Of a stretch of DNA of 64,000 bases, positions 22,089-35,247 are shown piece by piece (the first letter of the stretch is position 1; each line of letters begins with the position of its first letter). The DNA is from Nitrospirota bacterium (GTDB taxonomy: Bacteria; Nitrospirota; UBA9217). Both the position numbers and the translations under genes were made by a program. Location of the stretch: contig CAWFSF010000005.1 in assembly GCA_963818475.1 (NCBI GenBank), positions 32,001 to 96,000 on the forward strand, in the 5' to 3' direction. Under the pieces are notes generated by a model. The model searched no databases, was not told the origin of the DNA, and saw only the letters and a list, made by a program, of their open reading frames with translations.

Positions 22089-23797
22089 TTACAGTTGTCC
22101 CGACCGGAGAATGCCGATCAGGATCCAGAATCCGAGCACTGCTGCAAGCAGGTAGCCGATCAGGCCGAAGACCGGCATGCCGAACAGCATCTGTCCCTGC
22201 CCTGTATGGATGATGATGGATGACGCCACGATGATGGCGGCGGTGATGATGCTGAAGGAGAGCCGGTTGCTGGCCTTGTCCACGTCGCGGATCAGGTGTT
22301 GAAGTTCCTCATGCTGGACCTTGACGCGAATATCGCCCCGCAGGAGCTTCCGGAAGGTCCGGTGAAGCTGCTTCGGGAAGACCGTGAAGACCTCGTAGAA
22401 GTCGACCACATTCTTCCGGGCTGAGCGCAGCACCCTGAGCGGGTCTTTCCGTTTGAGGAGAAGACGCTTGACATGCGGCCGGGCGATCTCGATAAAATCA
22501 AAATCCGGGTCCAACTGCCGCAGGATCCCTTCGAGGGTCACCAGTGCCTTGTTCACGAGGTACAGGTTCTGCGGCATGACCAGTCCGTGCCTGAGGGATA
22601 TTTTCGTCAGCCGGTCCACGTACATCCCGAAGTCGATCTGTTTGACCTTCATGCCGTAGTAGGGCTCCAGCAGTTCCACCAGGTCCTCTTTCAGCTCCCG
22701 TTGGAACCGGTCCACATCCTCCACATCGTCGGGAACGAACCCCATGTTCATGTATTCCTGCACCAGCTTGTCGAAATCGCGCTCCACCAGCGCCACGATG
22801 GTGTCGGCATAGTACTGCATGTTCTCTTCCGTGACCCGGCCCATGATGCCGAAATCAACGAGCCCGATCTTTCCGTCGGCGAGCACGAAGATGTTCCCCG
22901 GATGGGGATCGGCATGGAAAAATCCGTCCTGAAAGACCATCTGAAAGAACGCTGCTGCTCCGTTGCGCGAGATTTCCTTTCGGTCGAAACCCGCCCGGTC
23001 GATCCGGTCGAACTCGTCGATGCGCAGGCCCTGGATCCGTTCGATGACCAGCACATGCTTGCTTGAAACCTCGGGAAAGATCCGGGGGACATAGAGGATG
23101 TCGCTGGTAAGAAAGTTCTCCCGGAGGCGGCCGGCATTCGATGCTTCGATAAAAAAATCGAGTTCCCGGCTGATGGTCCGGGCAAACTCCTCAACGATGC
23201 CCCGCGGATTGTATACGGCCATGTCAGGCACATAGATCTCGATCAGTTCGGCAATGCCCCGGAGAATGCTGATATCCCGCTCGATGATCTGCTCGATATT
23301 CGGACGCTGTACCTTGACCATCACCTCGGTGTTGTCGAGAAGCCGCGCCCCATGGACCTGGGCGATGGATGCTGCTGCAATCGGCTCGGGATCGAACGTG
23401 GAGAAGACTCGCGTCAAGGGCGCGCCGAGCTCGCGCTCGACGATCTCACGTGCTGCAGGAAAGGGAAAAGGGGGGACGGAGTCGGTAAGTTTGCAGAGTT
23501 CCTGTGCGTATTCTACGGGCAGCAGGTCGGGCCTGCAGGCCATGACCTGGCCGAGTTTGATGAACGAGGGGCCCAGCTCTTCGAACATGATCCGCAGCCG
23601 CACCGGCGCGCTGCTGCGCTGCTCGGGAAACGGCCTGGTCCGGAACGTGATCGCACGTCTGCCGAGTGAAACAAACCGCCTTCAAGCCAAGCTGCTCAAC
23701 CAGGTGGCCGAACCCGTGCCGTGTGGCCACCATGATGATCTGCCTGATCCTCGGGATGTCCCGGTAATGTCTTCTCCAGAAGCCGAGCAAGAGACAT
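22089..23797 (-). CDS. UbiB/AarF (ABC1) family kinase, frameshifted near N-terminus
   Basis: LGPSFIKLGQ, AASIAQVH, VKVQRP, FHADPHPGN, DFG. Confidence 0.9.
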
Positions 23798-23813
23798 GGA
23801 CGCTGTGAGGCTC

Positions 23814-24135
23814 CTACGCCCCGCCTTTCCCTTCGCCGCCCTCGAGTTTCGCTATTCGTGCGGTAAGGTTCTGGACCTTCTTCTCCAGTTTTTCCATATC
23901 ATCGCGCGACGGGATGTTCAGCTTTTCAAGGGTGCTTGCCAGCGCGTCTTTGATCTTGAGGTCCAGTTCTTTCCTGCTATCCTCCGCTTTGGAGACCCAC
24001 TCCTTGACGAGCGATGAAGCCTCACCCTTCGAGAGTTCACCGGTCTTCACCAGTTCATCCACGAATTCCTTGGCCTTTTCCTGTGCGCCCAGCCCCGCAA
24101 GCATTGCTTTTCTTGATGATATCCGCAACCGTCAT
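23814..24135 (-). CDS. Phasin-family protein (N-terminal frameshift)
   Basis: KAMLAGLG...GELS...LNIPSRDD pattern; typical neighbour of UbiB-like kinase. Confidence 0.7.
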
Positions 24136-24181
24136 GGCATCCTCCTTTGTGATTCGTCCCGAGTGCAAAGGTACCGGAAGG

Positions 24182-26819
<2,638 letters not shown>

Positions 26820-26967
26820 AGCCTACTCCTTAGAAAATTGATTTGACCACTGGTACGATATCGATGCAGGCGGCCCCGGGACAGCAAGACCGGGAACTGG
26901 AATATTGGTTCATTCGTATTGAAGTTAAAATGTTCATAAAACCGAAACCAAACATCAAGAACCTCTT

Positions 26968-27058
26968 CGGAGGAGAAAGGGGGAAGTTGGGGAAAAAGGG
27001 GTAACTGCCTTATTAATAGGAGCTAATCCCCATTTCACCATCCTTCTCCCATTTCTCC
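26968..27058. repeat. Purine/pyrimidine inverted 9-bp periodic element
   Basis: ggagaaaggg-ggaagttgg-ggaaaaaggg versus ccccatttc-accatcctt-ctccccatttctcc. Confidence 0.55.
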
Positions 27059-27246
27059 TAACCCGAACAAGCCGGAGCCAAAAAGCCTTTTCACCACGAA
27101 GGGCACGAAGATCACGAAAAAGTTGAAAAAGACAAAATCAAAATATTGATTTTAACTTTGCGCGCTTCGTTCTTCGTGGTAAACTTTTTTGCCATTTTGA
27201 GAAGAATTTTATTCTTTAGTTTCTAAAAGGTTCTTTTTTCGGGTTT
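27059..27246. mobile_element. AACCCG-ended MITE-like element with nested ACCACGAAG inverted element
   Basis: Ends taacccgaacaa/tttttcgggttt; nested ttcaccacgaag...cttcgtggtaaa at 27090-27183; similar ends at 37803-37944 and 5953-6007. Confidence 0.5.
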
Positions 27247-27335
27247 CTGAAGCTAGATCCTTTTTTCAACTAGTATACGAAAGGGCCGGAATATTTCAGA
27301 CGAGCGGTCCAAAGCGTGTCCGAAGCCCGTTTCGT

Positions 27336-27824
27336 TCACTTCGTTTTCCTGACAGCCCTCAGCACTTCCCGGATCACCTCAAAGGTGTACCCTTTGCGCT
27401 CCAGCAGTCCTGCCAAACGCCGCTTCCGCGCATCAGGCTCGACGTGCTGCATCGTCCGAAGCTTCCTCTCAGCCACCTGCATCGCTGTCTCGGCCTCGCT
27501 TGTATCTCCAAAAACCTCGGCAAAGGTCTCCCGTATGATCTCCTGGTCAACGCCCTTCGCCTTCAATTCCTGATCGATCCTTCGCCTGCCGAGCCCGCGG
27601 AGCCTGATCCTGCCCCTCGCCCACGCACGCGCGAACTGCTCATCATTCACATACCCGAGCCGTGCCAGGTCGGCAAGCACTGCTGCTACGATCGCGTCAT
27701 CGAATTCCTTGTCACGCAGCTTTTGTTCGATCTCCGCCCTGCTGCGCGGACGATAGGAAAGATATCGATAGGCAGCGTTCTTCGCCCGTGTCAGTTCTTT
27801 TTCTGTTAAATCCGAAGTCTGCAA
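27336..27824 (-). CDS. recX: Regulatory protein RecX
   Basis: YLSYRPRS..E, GYVND..FA, G..RI.QELK.KG; downstream of recA. Confidence 0.93.
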   Translation of the reverse strand: MQTSDLTEKELTRAKNAAYRYLSYRPRSRAEIEQKLRDKEFDDAIVAAVLADLARLGYVNDEQFARAWARGRIRLRGLGRRRIDQELKAKGVDQEIIRETFAEVFGDTSEAETAMQVAERKLRTMQHVEPDARKRRLAGLLERKGYTFEVIREVLRAVRKTK

Positions 27825-27842
27825 TCCGAAATCCGCAATAGC

Positions 27843-29069
27843 CTACTTGTCCCCGAACCGGTCGATCTTGAAATCGCTGTTGGTGGGTGCCGGCTTGTAC
27901 TCCCTGGCCTCGCCCGGTTTCTGCGGCGCGACAGGCGCGGTCTTGGCGCCGAAGGAGCCCTTCCGCTGTTCATCCTCCTCCAGGGACATGTCGCTTGTTG
28001 ACTGGATGCCTTTCACCTTTAACGCGAAGTCGTCGGGGTTGCTCGCCGTCAGGATCGCCTCCTCGTACGTGATCAGCCCCTTTTGGTAATGCATGAGCAG
28101 CGACTGGTCGAAGGTCTGCATGCCGTAATGGCTGAGACCCGCGGCGATGATCGAGGGGATCTGGCGGGTCTTGGTCTCATCGATGATGGCCTCGCGGACC
28201 GAAAGCGTCCCGAGCATCACTTCGGCTGCCGGCACGCGGCCGCTGCCGTCTGCCCTGGTTACGAGACGCTGCGACACAATGCCCTTGATCACCGCGGAAA
28301 ACTGCATCCTGATCTGTTTCTGCTGGTACGGCGGGAATACGCTGATGACGCGGTTGATCGTCTCGGCCGCATCGACCGTATGCAGGGTCGAGAGCACCAG
28401 ATGGCCGGTCTCGGCTGCGGTCAGCGCGATGGAGATGGTCTCGAAATCGCGCATTTCGCCGACGAGGATCACATCCGGGTCCTGCCGGAGCGCGCTCCGC
28501 AGGGCGTCGCCGAAGGAGAAGGTATCCGAGCCGATCTCACGCTGGTTCACGATGCTCTTCTTGTCGCGGTGCAGGAATTCGATGGGGTCCTCGATCGTCA
28601 CAATGTTGGCGGTCCTCGACGTATTGATGTAATCGATCATGGCCGCGAGGGTCGTGGACTTCCCGCTCCCGGTCGTGCCGGTGACGAGGATGAGCCCACG
28701 CTGCTCCAGGGCCACCTTCGTCAGCACTGACGGAAGCATGAGGTCTTCAAAGTTCAGGATCTTCGCCGGGACCACGCGAAAGACCATGCCCACGCTGCCG
28801 CGCTGCTGGAAGATGTTCACGCGAAAACGTCCCAGGCCGGGCACGGCATAGGCCATGTCCAGCTCGTTCCGTTCCTTGAACTTTGCCTTCTGCACGGCGT
28901 TCATGATGCCGGAGGAGATCGCCACTCCATCCTCCTGCGTCAGCCGTTTTTCGTTCTCGAGCGGCGTCAGCCGTCCGTCGATCCGCAGGATCGGCGGCAC
29001 GCCGACCTTGAGGTGCAGGTCCGACGCTTTCCTTTCAAAGGTCAATTTAAGCAGATCGTTCAGATTCAT
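27843..29069 (-). CDS. pilT: Type IV pilus retraction ATPase (PilT family)
   Basis: ASDLHL, GTTGSGKST, IEDPIE, LRQDPDVILVGEMRD, GMQTFDQ. Confidence 0.92.
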   Translation of the reverse strand: MNLNDLLKLTFERKASDLHLKVGVPPILRIDGRLTPLENEKRLTQEDGVAISSGIMNAVQKAKFKERNELDMAYAVPGLGRFRVNIFQQRGSVGMVFRVVPAKILNFEDLMLPSVLTKVALEQRGLILVTGTTGSGKSTTLAAMIDYINTSRTANIVTIEDPIEFLHRDKKSIVNQREIGSDTFSFGDALRSALRQDPDVILVGEMRDFETISIALTAAETGHLVLSTLHTVDAAETINRVISVFPPYQQKQIRMQFSAVIKGIVSQRLVTRADGSGRVPAAEVMLGTLSVREAIIDETKTRQIPSIIAAGLSHYGMQTFDQSLLMHYQKGLITYEEAILTASNPDDFALKVKGIQSTSDMSLEEDEQRKGSFGAKTAPVAPQKPGEAREYKPAPTNSDFKIDRFGDK

Positions 29070-29073
29070 GTAT

Positions 29074-30183
29074 TTATTCCTCCGCGTGCTTTTCCGTCTT
29101 CTGACCTTTAGAGGGCTTTCCTCCGCGTTCGCTCTGCGGAGCCGCCTCCTTCACCCCCGAACCGTTGTCTCCGGCCGGGGTGCTCCCTGTTGGCAGCCCC
29201 GCCGCCTGACGCACCTTCAGCTCGATCTCGGCTGCCATGTCCGGATGCTCGGCCAGGAACGCCTTCACGTTCTCCCGGCCCTGGCCGATGCGCGTGCCGC
29301 TGTACGAGAACCAGGCGCCGCTCTTCTCGACGATGTTCTTTTCAACTCCCATGTCGATGATCTCGCCGATCTTCGAAACACCCTCGTTGAACATGATGTC
29401 GAACTCCGCCGACCTGAAGGGCGGCGCGATCTTGTTCTTCACCACCTTCACCCGCACCCGGCCGCCGGTCACTTCCTCGCCGTCCTTGACCGCCGAGATC
29501 TTGCGGATGTCGAGCCGCACGGACGCATAGAACTTGAGCGCGTTGCCGCCTGTGGTGGTCTCGGGGTTGCCGAACATCACGCCGATCTTCATGCGGATCT
29601 GGTTGATGAAGATGAGCGTCGTGTTGGATTTGCTGATCGCGCCCGTAAGCTTCCTGAGCGCCTGGCTCATGAGCCGCGCCTGCAGCCCCATGTGCGCGTC
29701 GCCCATCTCGCCCTCGATCTCGGCGCGCGGCGTGAGCGCTGCCACGGAGTCCACAATGATCACGTCGATGGCGCCGCTCCGGACGAGCGTTTCCGTGATC
29801 TCGAGCGCCTGTTCGCCCGTGTCGGGCTGCGAGATCAGCAGGTCGTCGGTGCGCACCCCGAGTTTGCGCGCGTAGGTGACGTCCAGGGCATGTTCGGCGT
29901 CGATGAAAGCCGCCTGGCCGCCGGCCTTCTGGGCCTCGGCAATGATATGAAGCGCCAGCGTGGTCTTGCCCGATGATTCGGGGCCGTAGATCTCGATGAT
30001 CCTGCCGCGCGGCACGCCGCCCACACCAAGGGCGATATCCAGACCGAGGGAGCCGGTGGAGATCGCCGGGATGCCGGCCGGCATTTCTTCCCTGCCCAGC
30101 CGCATGATGGAGCCCTTGCCGAACGCCTTCTCGATCTGGGTTACCGCCAGTTCCAGCGCTTTCATTCTGTCTTTATCAGCCAT
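29074..30183 (-). CDS. recA: Recombinase RecA
   Basis: [32 protein letters not shown]. Confidence 0.99.
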   Translation of the reverse strand: MADKDRMKALELAVTQIEKAFGKGSIMRLGREEMPAGIPAISTGSLGLDIALGVGGVPRGRIIEIYGPESSGKTTLALHIIAEAQKAGGQAAFIDAEHALDVTYARKLGVRTDDLLISQPDTGEQALEITETLVRSGAIDVIIVDSVAALTPRAEIEGEMGDAHMGLQARLMSQALRKLTGAISKSNTTLIFINQIRMKIGVMFGNPETTTGGNALKFYASVRLDIRKISAVKDGEEVTGGRVRVKVVKNKIAPPFRSAEFDIMFNEGVSKIGEIIDMGVEKNIVEKSGAWFSYSGTRIGQGRENVKAFLAEHPDMAAEIELKVRQAAGLPTGSTPAGDNGSGVKEAAPQSERGGKPSKGQKTEKHAEE

Positions 30184-30285
30184 GTGAATCTCCTTTTATG
30201 GATCTTTCTATCATTACAAGCGTCTTGTATCTGTCTTTATCAGCGTTTATCAGATTTTATCTGCGCCCAAATGCTGTTTTCAGAA

Positions 30286-30843
30286 TCAGGATAATTCGGC
30301 TCTTCCGATCTCCGTATAGACCGCGCCGGTCGGCGTGAGTTCGCTTTTCATCAGGCTGATCGCCGTCACATCGAACCCGGGAAGCGTGATATCCTTGACA
30401 CCCTCCAGTGCCCGCATCCACGATCCGCGCAACAGGAGGTGCTTGATCCTGCCGAGCGTCAGGTGCGGCGTGAATCTCCGGTCTTCCTGCTGAAACCCAA
30501 GACGTATCATCTCCTCTTCCACGCGGACCTGAAGTCTCCTGAGTTTATCGAGCTCTCCCGAAATCCCGACCCAGACAACCCGGGGATTTCTTTCATGCGG
30601 AAAGACCCCGGTACCGGCAACCGTTAAACGGAACCTGCCTCGTCCTTCAACAGCCTGCGCCAATGCTGCCCTAACCTCGTCGATACGTTCTTCCGGGACC
30701 TCGTCCAGAAACTTCAAAGTCAGATGTATGCCCTCCGGCCGGGTCCAGTTCGCTTCCGCGCCGGATACTTTTAGCCGCGCCTGCACTTCCGCCATTGCCC
30801 TCTTCGTCTCTTCAGGAATCTCTATGGCGATGAACGTACGCAT
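30286..30843 (-). CDS. thpR: RNA 2',3'-cyclic phosphodiesterase
   Basis: Two HxT motifs (HLTL, PHLTLGR). Confidence 0.93.
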   Translation of the reverse strand: MRTFIAIEIPEETKRAMAEVQARLKVSGAEANWTRPEGIHLTLKFLDEVPEERIDEVRAALAQAVEGRGRFRLTVAGTGVFPHERNPRVVWVGISGELDKLRRLQVRVEEEMIRLGFQQEDRRFTPHLTLGRIKHLLLRGSWMRALEGVKDITLPGFDVTAISLMKSELTPTGAVYTEIGRAELS

Positions 30844-30850
30844 GTTTTAT

Positions 30851-30940
30851 AAATGCGGATTGCGGAATTCGTCATTCCGCATTTGCCGCCGTTGTGTCAC
30901 TGATTTTCAATCCGCAATCCGCATTCCGCAATCCGCATTA
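30851..30940. repeat. Inverted heptamer-repeat element (AATCCGC family)
   Basis: aatgcggattgcggaatt...aatccgcaatccgcattccgcaatccgcatt; overlaps the cinA stop codon. Confidence 0.8.
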
Positions 30941-32175
30941 GCCTATGAGATGCCTCCGCACCATATCGAGCGCCATCTGGGACGTTTTAAGCCGAATCTG
31001 CGCCCGAGTCCCGAGAAAGCGGAATTCGTTCGTCTTGACGCCCTCGGCAGACGCCAGACCGATATACACCAGCCCCACGGGCTTTTCTTCGCTTTCGTTG
31101 CCCGGCCCGGCAATGCCTGTCGCGGCGATCCCGATATCGGTTCGGCTGGCCTGCAGGATGCCCTGCGCCATGGCAGCTGCAACCTCGCTGCTGACCGCGC
31201 CGTGTTTTTCGATAAGCTCCTTCGGCACACCGAGCATGGCCGTCTTGGAATCATTGCTGTACACAACTGCCGCACGGTCAAAGTAGTCCGAGCTGCCGGC
31301 GATCTCCGTGATGCGCGAGCCGATCATTCCTCCGGTGCACGATTCGGCCACAGCAAGCCTGAGCCGCCGCTGCTTGAGCAGCGCCCCGACCACTTCCGCC
31401 ATCTCCTGGCCGTCGACGCCGTACACCGCGTCGCCAAGCCGCTCCCGCACGGTCTTTTCGATCTTCTGGATGATTGCCTGGGACCGCTCAGCGCTGCTCT
31501 CCCGCACCACGATGCGGATGTCCACGCCGGTCTCTTTCGCGGTCAGGCCCACGATCCGCGGCTCCTGTTTTAAAATGTCCTGGAGCGCCTGGTTCACGGC
31601 GGACTCGGACAGGCCGGCGGTGCGCAGGATCCTGCGCCTGATGAACAGACCGGTTGCCGAAGCGCTCTTCGAGCACCGGCCGCAGTCCCTCGCTGAACAT
31701 GGCCTCCATTTCGCTCGGAACGCCGGGCAGCACCGCCAGGAACCGTGTCTTCTTCATCGAGATAGAATCCGGGGGCGATGCCCACGGGATTGGCAAGCAT
31801 GCGCACGCCTGCCGGGAGCAGCGCCTGACGGTCGTTGGACGTAGCGTGTTCCTTGCCCCTGCCCGCCAGCCGCACATGGATGGCCTTGAGCGCCTCTTCG
31901 TTCAGCACCAGGCGCCGCTTGACGATCTTCGCGATCACTTTGCGCGTGATATCGTCTTCCGTGGGCCCGATGCCGCCGGTGATGATGACCGCATCGACCC
32001 GCGCTAAGGCACGGCGGATCGTCTCCTCCATGTCCTTCTCGTCATCGCCCACAACGGTCTTGAAGGCGGTTTCGATGCCGCACAGCATCAGCTCTTCGGC
32101 CAGGAACAGGGAGTTCGTGTCGAGCACCCCTCCGGAGAGCAGTTCAGTGCCTGTAGCTATGATCTCAGCGCGCAT
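30938..32175 (-). CDS. cinA: Competence/damage-inducible CinA (MCF + PncC), frameshifted
   Basis: GTELL.G...DTN, GGIGPTEDDIT, LPGVPSEM, AESCTGG, TGIAGP. Confidence 0.92.
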
Positions 32176-32241
32176 ATCATCGCCAATCTTGCTTCATAAT
32201 TCATAGTAGGCGCCTTAAAGGCGCTTTGTCGACAAGGTGTT

Positions 32242-32271
32242 ATTGTATCATTGCAATGCGTTAACAGTCAA
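32242..32271 (-). promoter_or_regulatory. Sigma70 promoter upstream of cinA
   Basis: TTGACT-18-TACAAT with TG extended -10. Confidence 0.5.
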
Positions 32272-32284
32272 TGAAAATTGATTT

Positions 32285-32846
32285 TCACAAAAGCTCATAG
32301 ACCCAGATTTTCCCGTCCGCCCTCGCCTCTTCAACCCTTTTCACGAGCCTTTTCTTATGGAGGTTCAAAAGCCGGGTGCCGCTCGTGTTCGCCTCAAGCT
32401 TCCTGGCGTCCGAGAGGTCTTTGGAGGTGGCCTTCTTTTTTTTCACGATAAAGTCCAGCGTGTCCTTGAGATAATTGTTGAGATTACCCAAAACCACTCT
32501 GCTGTTGTCCCGCATTTCAGCCATGAGTCGCCAGGTCCTTGCGCTCGAGCGCGACTTCGATATTTTCCTTCTGGTTTTCATTCAGTCCGGTGAGGAGAAG
32601 ATACTTGTCCCCGTACTCGCCTGAGAGCAGCCGCGAAACAAGCTTCGTCACGATCTCATCGGCGCAGGAATAGTCGATCACCCCTATCTCCGAGAAATCG
32701 AGGGCGACCACGGAGCCGTCCGCTTCATTTTCGATGCCCCGTTCGATCCGCTGCCGGACCGCCTGGCCCGAAGGCCGGGTCACGAGGTCCTTTGAACCGT
32801 TGCCGAGTTCTTCTTTTAGCAATTTGTAGAGGTCGTACCTGATCAT
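32285..32846 (-). CDS. STAS-like plus winged-HTH hypothetical protein (frameshift ~32525)
   Basis: VALDFSEIGVIDYSCADE (STAS-like) joined to TSKDLS..NTSGTRLLNLHKKRLVKR (wHTH-like). Confidence 0.6.
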
Positions 32847-33176
32847 TCCAAATCCCGTTCCTCGCCACTCAATTGATTTCATCATTTCAAATGTTGGCGC
32901 CTACTTCTTGATATAAGCATTGAGCCCGATGATCACCGGCTTCCCGTCTATGACGACATCGGTTTCCTTGTTCCCCCTCGTGCTGGCTACGACCAGGGTT
33001 TTACCCGATGCGCTCGGGGTCGGCGTTTCCAGGTCAGCGGTGATGATCAGTTTGGTGCCTTCGATTTTTGCGGTGATGGCCATGATATACACCCTCCTTG
33101 ATAAATAAAACGTTGGGCTTTGCGAAGAATGTTCAGCCCGGGCTACGTACTTAATCATTCCAAATCCCGTTCCTCG
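32842..33176. repeat. 23-bp exact direct repeat (31 bp with 2 mismatches), 312 bp apart
   Basis: atcattccaaatcccgttcctcg at 32842-32864 and 33154-33176. Confidence 0.9.
32901..33083 (-). CDS. Small hypothetical protein (60 aa, SASGKT motif)
   Basis: Strong SD AAGGAGG before ATG at 33083; MAITAKIEG...GLNAYIKK. Confidence 0.7.
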   Translation of the reverse strand: MAITAKIEGTKLIITADLETPTPSASGKTLVVASTRGNKETDVVIDGKPVIIGLNAYIKK

Positions 33177-33483
33177 ATCTTCTTTCCCCGCCCTGACGGA
33201 GAAGGTCAGTAATGAACTCAGCTCGATTTTCACCGGTATTTTTGAAACCTCGTCCCGCGCACCACGCAAGCAGTTCATCCAGATCAATATCCACTTTGAG
33301 CGGAATCGACCCGAGTGCCTGCAAATTTTTAACGCTCTTTACGAGGTTCAACTTCCATTCATCATAGGTGTCTTCAAGCTCCTCCCGGTCACCTGCTGTG
33401 TCGAGCAGCTGCGGCCATTGGTCCTTGTGGTAGAAACCTATGCCGAAAACTGGCTGTTGTTTTTCTGGTGAAGGTTTTGACAT
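33151..33483 (-). CDS. Hypothetical protein (~110 aa)
   Basis: SD GAGGAG before ATG at 33483; plausible globular sequence. Confidence 0.65.
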   Translation of the reverse strand: MSKPSPEKQQPVFGIGFYHKDQWPQLLDTAGDREELEDTYDEWKLNLVKSVKNLQALGSIPLKVDIDLDELLAWCAGRGFKNTGENRAEFITDLLRQGGERRSRNGIWND

Positions 33484-33503
33484 GGCAAACTCCTCATTGA
33501 TCA

Positions 33504-33559
33504 AGTCAACGCTAGGATCCCCGCGCTTCATAGCGTGGGGATTGATCCGTTAGTTGGAT
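33504..33559 (-). mobile_element. attC-like site
   Basis: R'' ATCCAAC, 5 nt, GATC(aat)CCCC...GGGGATC, 5 nt, R' GTTGACT; 56 bp. Confidence 0.55.
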
Positions 33560-33608
33560 TATGCTTAGTTCAGACTACACATCACAGTACAGTACGACGT
33601 CTATTTCT

Positions 33609-34202
33609 TTAAGGTATGTTCTTAATAGGAGCGGCAGTATTGTCTGAATTGTTATCTTTTGCTATAGGAACTTGCGCTGTACTCTTGGTTAGATTTGTCG
33701 AATCTTCGTTTTTTGTAATTAGGTCATGGTATAACTTTGTTTGTCCAACAAAAACACCAGCAAGAAAAACAGTTATTAAGACAGAAATAATCCAGAACCA
33801 AAAACTATAAGGGACATTGTGCCAAAGCCATTTCATCGTAATTTTGTCTGGATATTCGATTTGTTTATTCCCTAATATAACATCTTCTTTTAGCTTGCAT
33901 AGCTCAGGGTTTCTTTTTAGGCGCGTAATAATAGGTGCTAACGTAGCAATTATAGCCTCTACGCTATTGTAAGACTGAGTGCGATAAATGTTGGTATGTC
34001 CTTTGAGAAAAATTTGTTTAATAGAACTAGAATATTGATTTTGTCCGAGTGTATCGTCAAGTAAGTCTATAATTTCTACAACAAGAGTGCGTATTCGAGG
34101 GGTATCTTCCTTATTAATAAAAGAACCATTAAAACGACCCAAAATGGCAGTAATTTCAGAGTGATACCGTTCAAGTTCTTGAATAAATTTATCAGGTGTC
34201 AA
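33609..34202 (-). CDS. Low-GC hypothetical membrane protein (cassette-like)
   Basis: AT-rich ORF with a single C-terminal TM helix. Confidence 0.7.
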   Translation of the reverse strand: MTPDKFIQELERYHSEITAILGRFNGSFINKEDTPRIRTLVVEIIDLLDDTLGQNQYSSSIKQIFLKGHTNIYRTQSYNSVEAIIATLAPIITRLKRNPELCKLKEDVILGNKQIEYPDKITMKWLWHNVPYSFWFWIISVLITVFLAGVFVGQTKLYHDLITKNEDSTNLTKSTAQVPIAKDNNSDNTAAPIKNIP

Positions 34203-34232
34203 CGGCGCTCCTTTTCTAGAAACAACATTGAA

Positions 34233-34529
34233 TTAGCGAATACAGGTGCCGTATATCTGTCCACTTTCTTTAACACACCTCGAACCTGGACCGCAGTCTG
34301 TATTGAATGAGCAAGTATCGCCATAGGTTTTGTTAGTGTCAAGGGGTGCGTATACGGGTTTATCGTCATTTTTGTTGCCGGGAGACATGCCGCCCATGCA
34401 GACACCATAAATTGAACCACTGGATTTGATACATTTACTTCCAACTTCACAATCCGTGTTAAACTGACAGGCCATGGCAATTCCAGGGACAAATGCCGCA
34501 ATTACTATTAAAACTGTGAGGAGCTTCAT
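34233..34529 (-). CDS. Secreted Cys-rich repeat protein (cassette-like)
   Basis: SD AGGAGG, signal peptide, two copies of CxFNTDCxxGSxCxKxSGxIYGxC. Confidence 0.8.
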   Translation of the reverse strand: MKLLTVLIVIAAFVPGIAMACQFNTDCEVGSKCIKSSGSIYGVCMGGMSPGNKNDDKPVYAPLDTNKTYGDTCSFNTDCGPGSRCVKESGQIYGTCIR

Positions 34530-34595
34530 TTGTGACCTCCTTAGGAAGTGGCTCCAGGTTATACCGATGCACCAAGACGGAGCCTTTGTCTTGAT

Positions 34596-34661
34596 GTACA
34601 ACACACGCCTGACGCACCGACTTTGGCGCGTCGCTGTCGAGGCGCTTGGCGCTTGTTGGGT
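34596..34661 (-). mobile_element. attC-like site
   Basis: Right after the 34664 stop: R'' ACCCAAC, imperfect hairpin (cgcc/ggcg, cgac/gtcg), R' GTTGTAC; 66 bp. Confidence 0.55.
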
Positions 34662-34663
34662 AT

Positions 34664-35128
34664 TTATTTTTTCTTTCCGATCAACTTACAATTACGTTTC
34701 TGAAATTCGTTCTTTGCAATTAATTCTTGCGTCTCATCAGAATTGAAGTTATTTCCAGTTTTATAGACATTCTCCAATGCTGATTCCAAAGCGTGCTCAA
34801 ATATCCGACCAATCATAAAATCTTCTGAGGGTCCCTGTAAGAGTAGCAGAACTCCTACAGGGACTTCTGTCTTTATATCCTCTCTTTTTATCTTTTCGGA
34901 CTTCAATGCGGAAATAAACATCAATCCTCGATCATATCCAAACTTGAATAATCTTTCTTGCTCTTTAAAGTCTTTACTCTTTTCTGCTAATGCGGAACAT
35001 TCAAAGGCACTCCATGTTTCACGCGCCATGACCGCGTATTCCTTGGAACTTTCTGCCATACCGGATTCCGCGAAAAGAAACCCTATTAAAATGACAAATA
35101 TGAGTTGTTTGAAGCTTTTTTTTTGCAT
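34664..35128 (-). CDS. Low-GC secreted hypothetical protein (cassette-like)
   Basis: SD AGGAGG, signal peptide, AT-rich. Confidence 0.75.
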   Translation of the reverse strand: MQKKSFKQLIFVILIGFLFAESGMAESSKEYAVMARETWSAFECSALAEKSKDFKEQERLFKFGYDRGLMFISALKSEKIKREDIKTEVPVGVLLLLQGPSEDFMIGRIFEHALESALENVYKTGNNFNSDETQELIAKNEFQKRNCKLIGKKK

Positions 35129-35145
35129 TGCTCCTCCTGTTTGAG

Positions 35146-35206
35146 TGCCAGCACCTAAAATCAGCGGGGCGGGTTGCCGCAGCCGCTGGGATTGAACTTG
35201 TTGAGT
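35146..35206 (-). mobile_element. Degenerate attC-like site
   Basis: R'' ACTCAAC, cagcgg...ccgctg stem, degenerate R' GCTGGCA; 61 bp. Confidence 0.4.
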
Positions 35207-35208
35207 CG

Positions 35209-35240
35209 GTAGGTCGGGTAGAGCGCAGCGAAACCCGACA
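35209..35240 (+). repeat. GTAG-type REP, left flank of RAYT
   Basis: GTAGGTCGGGTAGAGCGCAGCGAAACCCGACA. Confidence 0.85.
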
Positions 35241-35247
35241 TCATCCT

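Noticed and set aside
27843-29069. pilT between recA and recX as a novel arrangement
   Set aside because: As I recall, recA-pilT-recX-alaS order is already known from Geobacter-like genomes.
30851-30940. Short-repeat loci as CRISPR arrays
   Set aside because: 7-bp degenerate units without unique spacers; no cas genes in the window.
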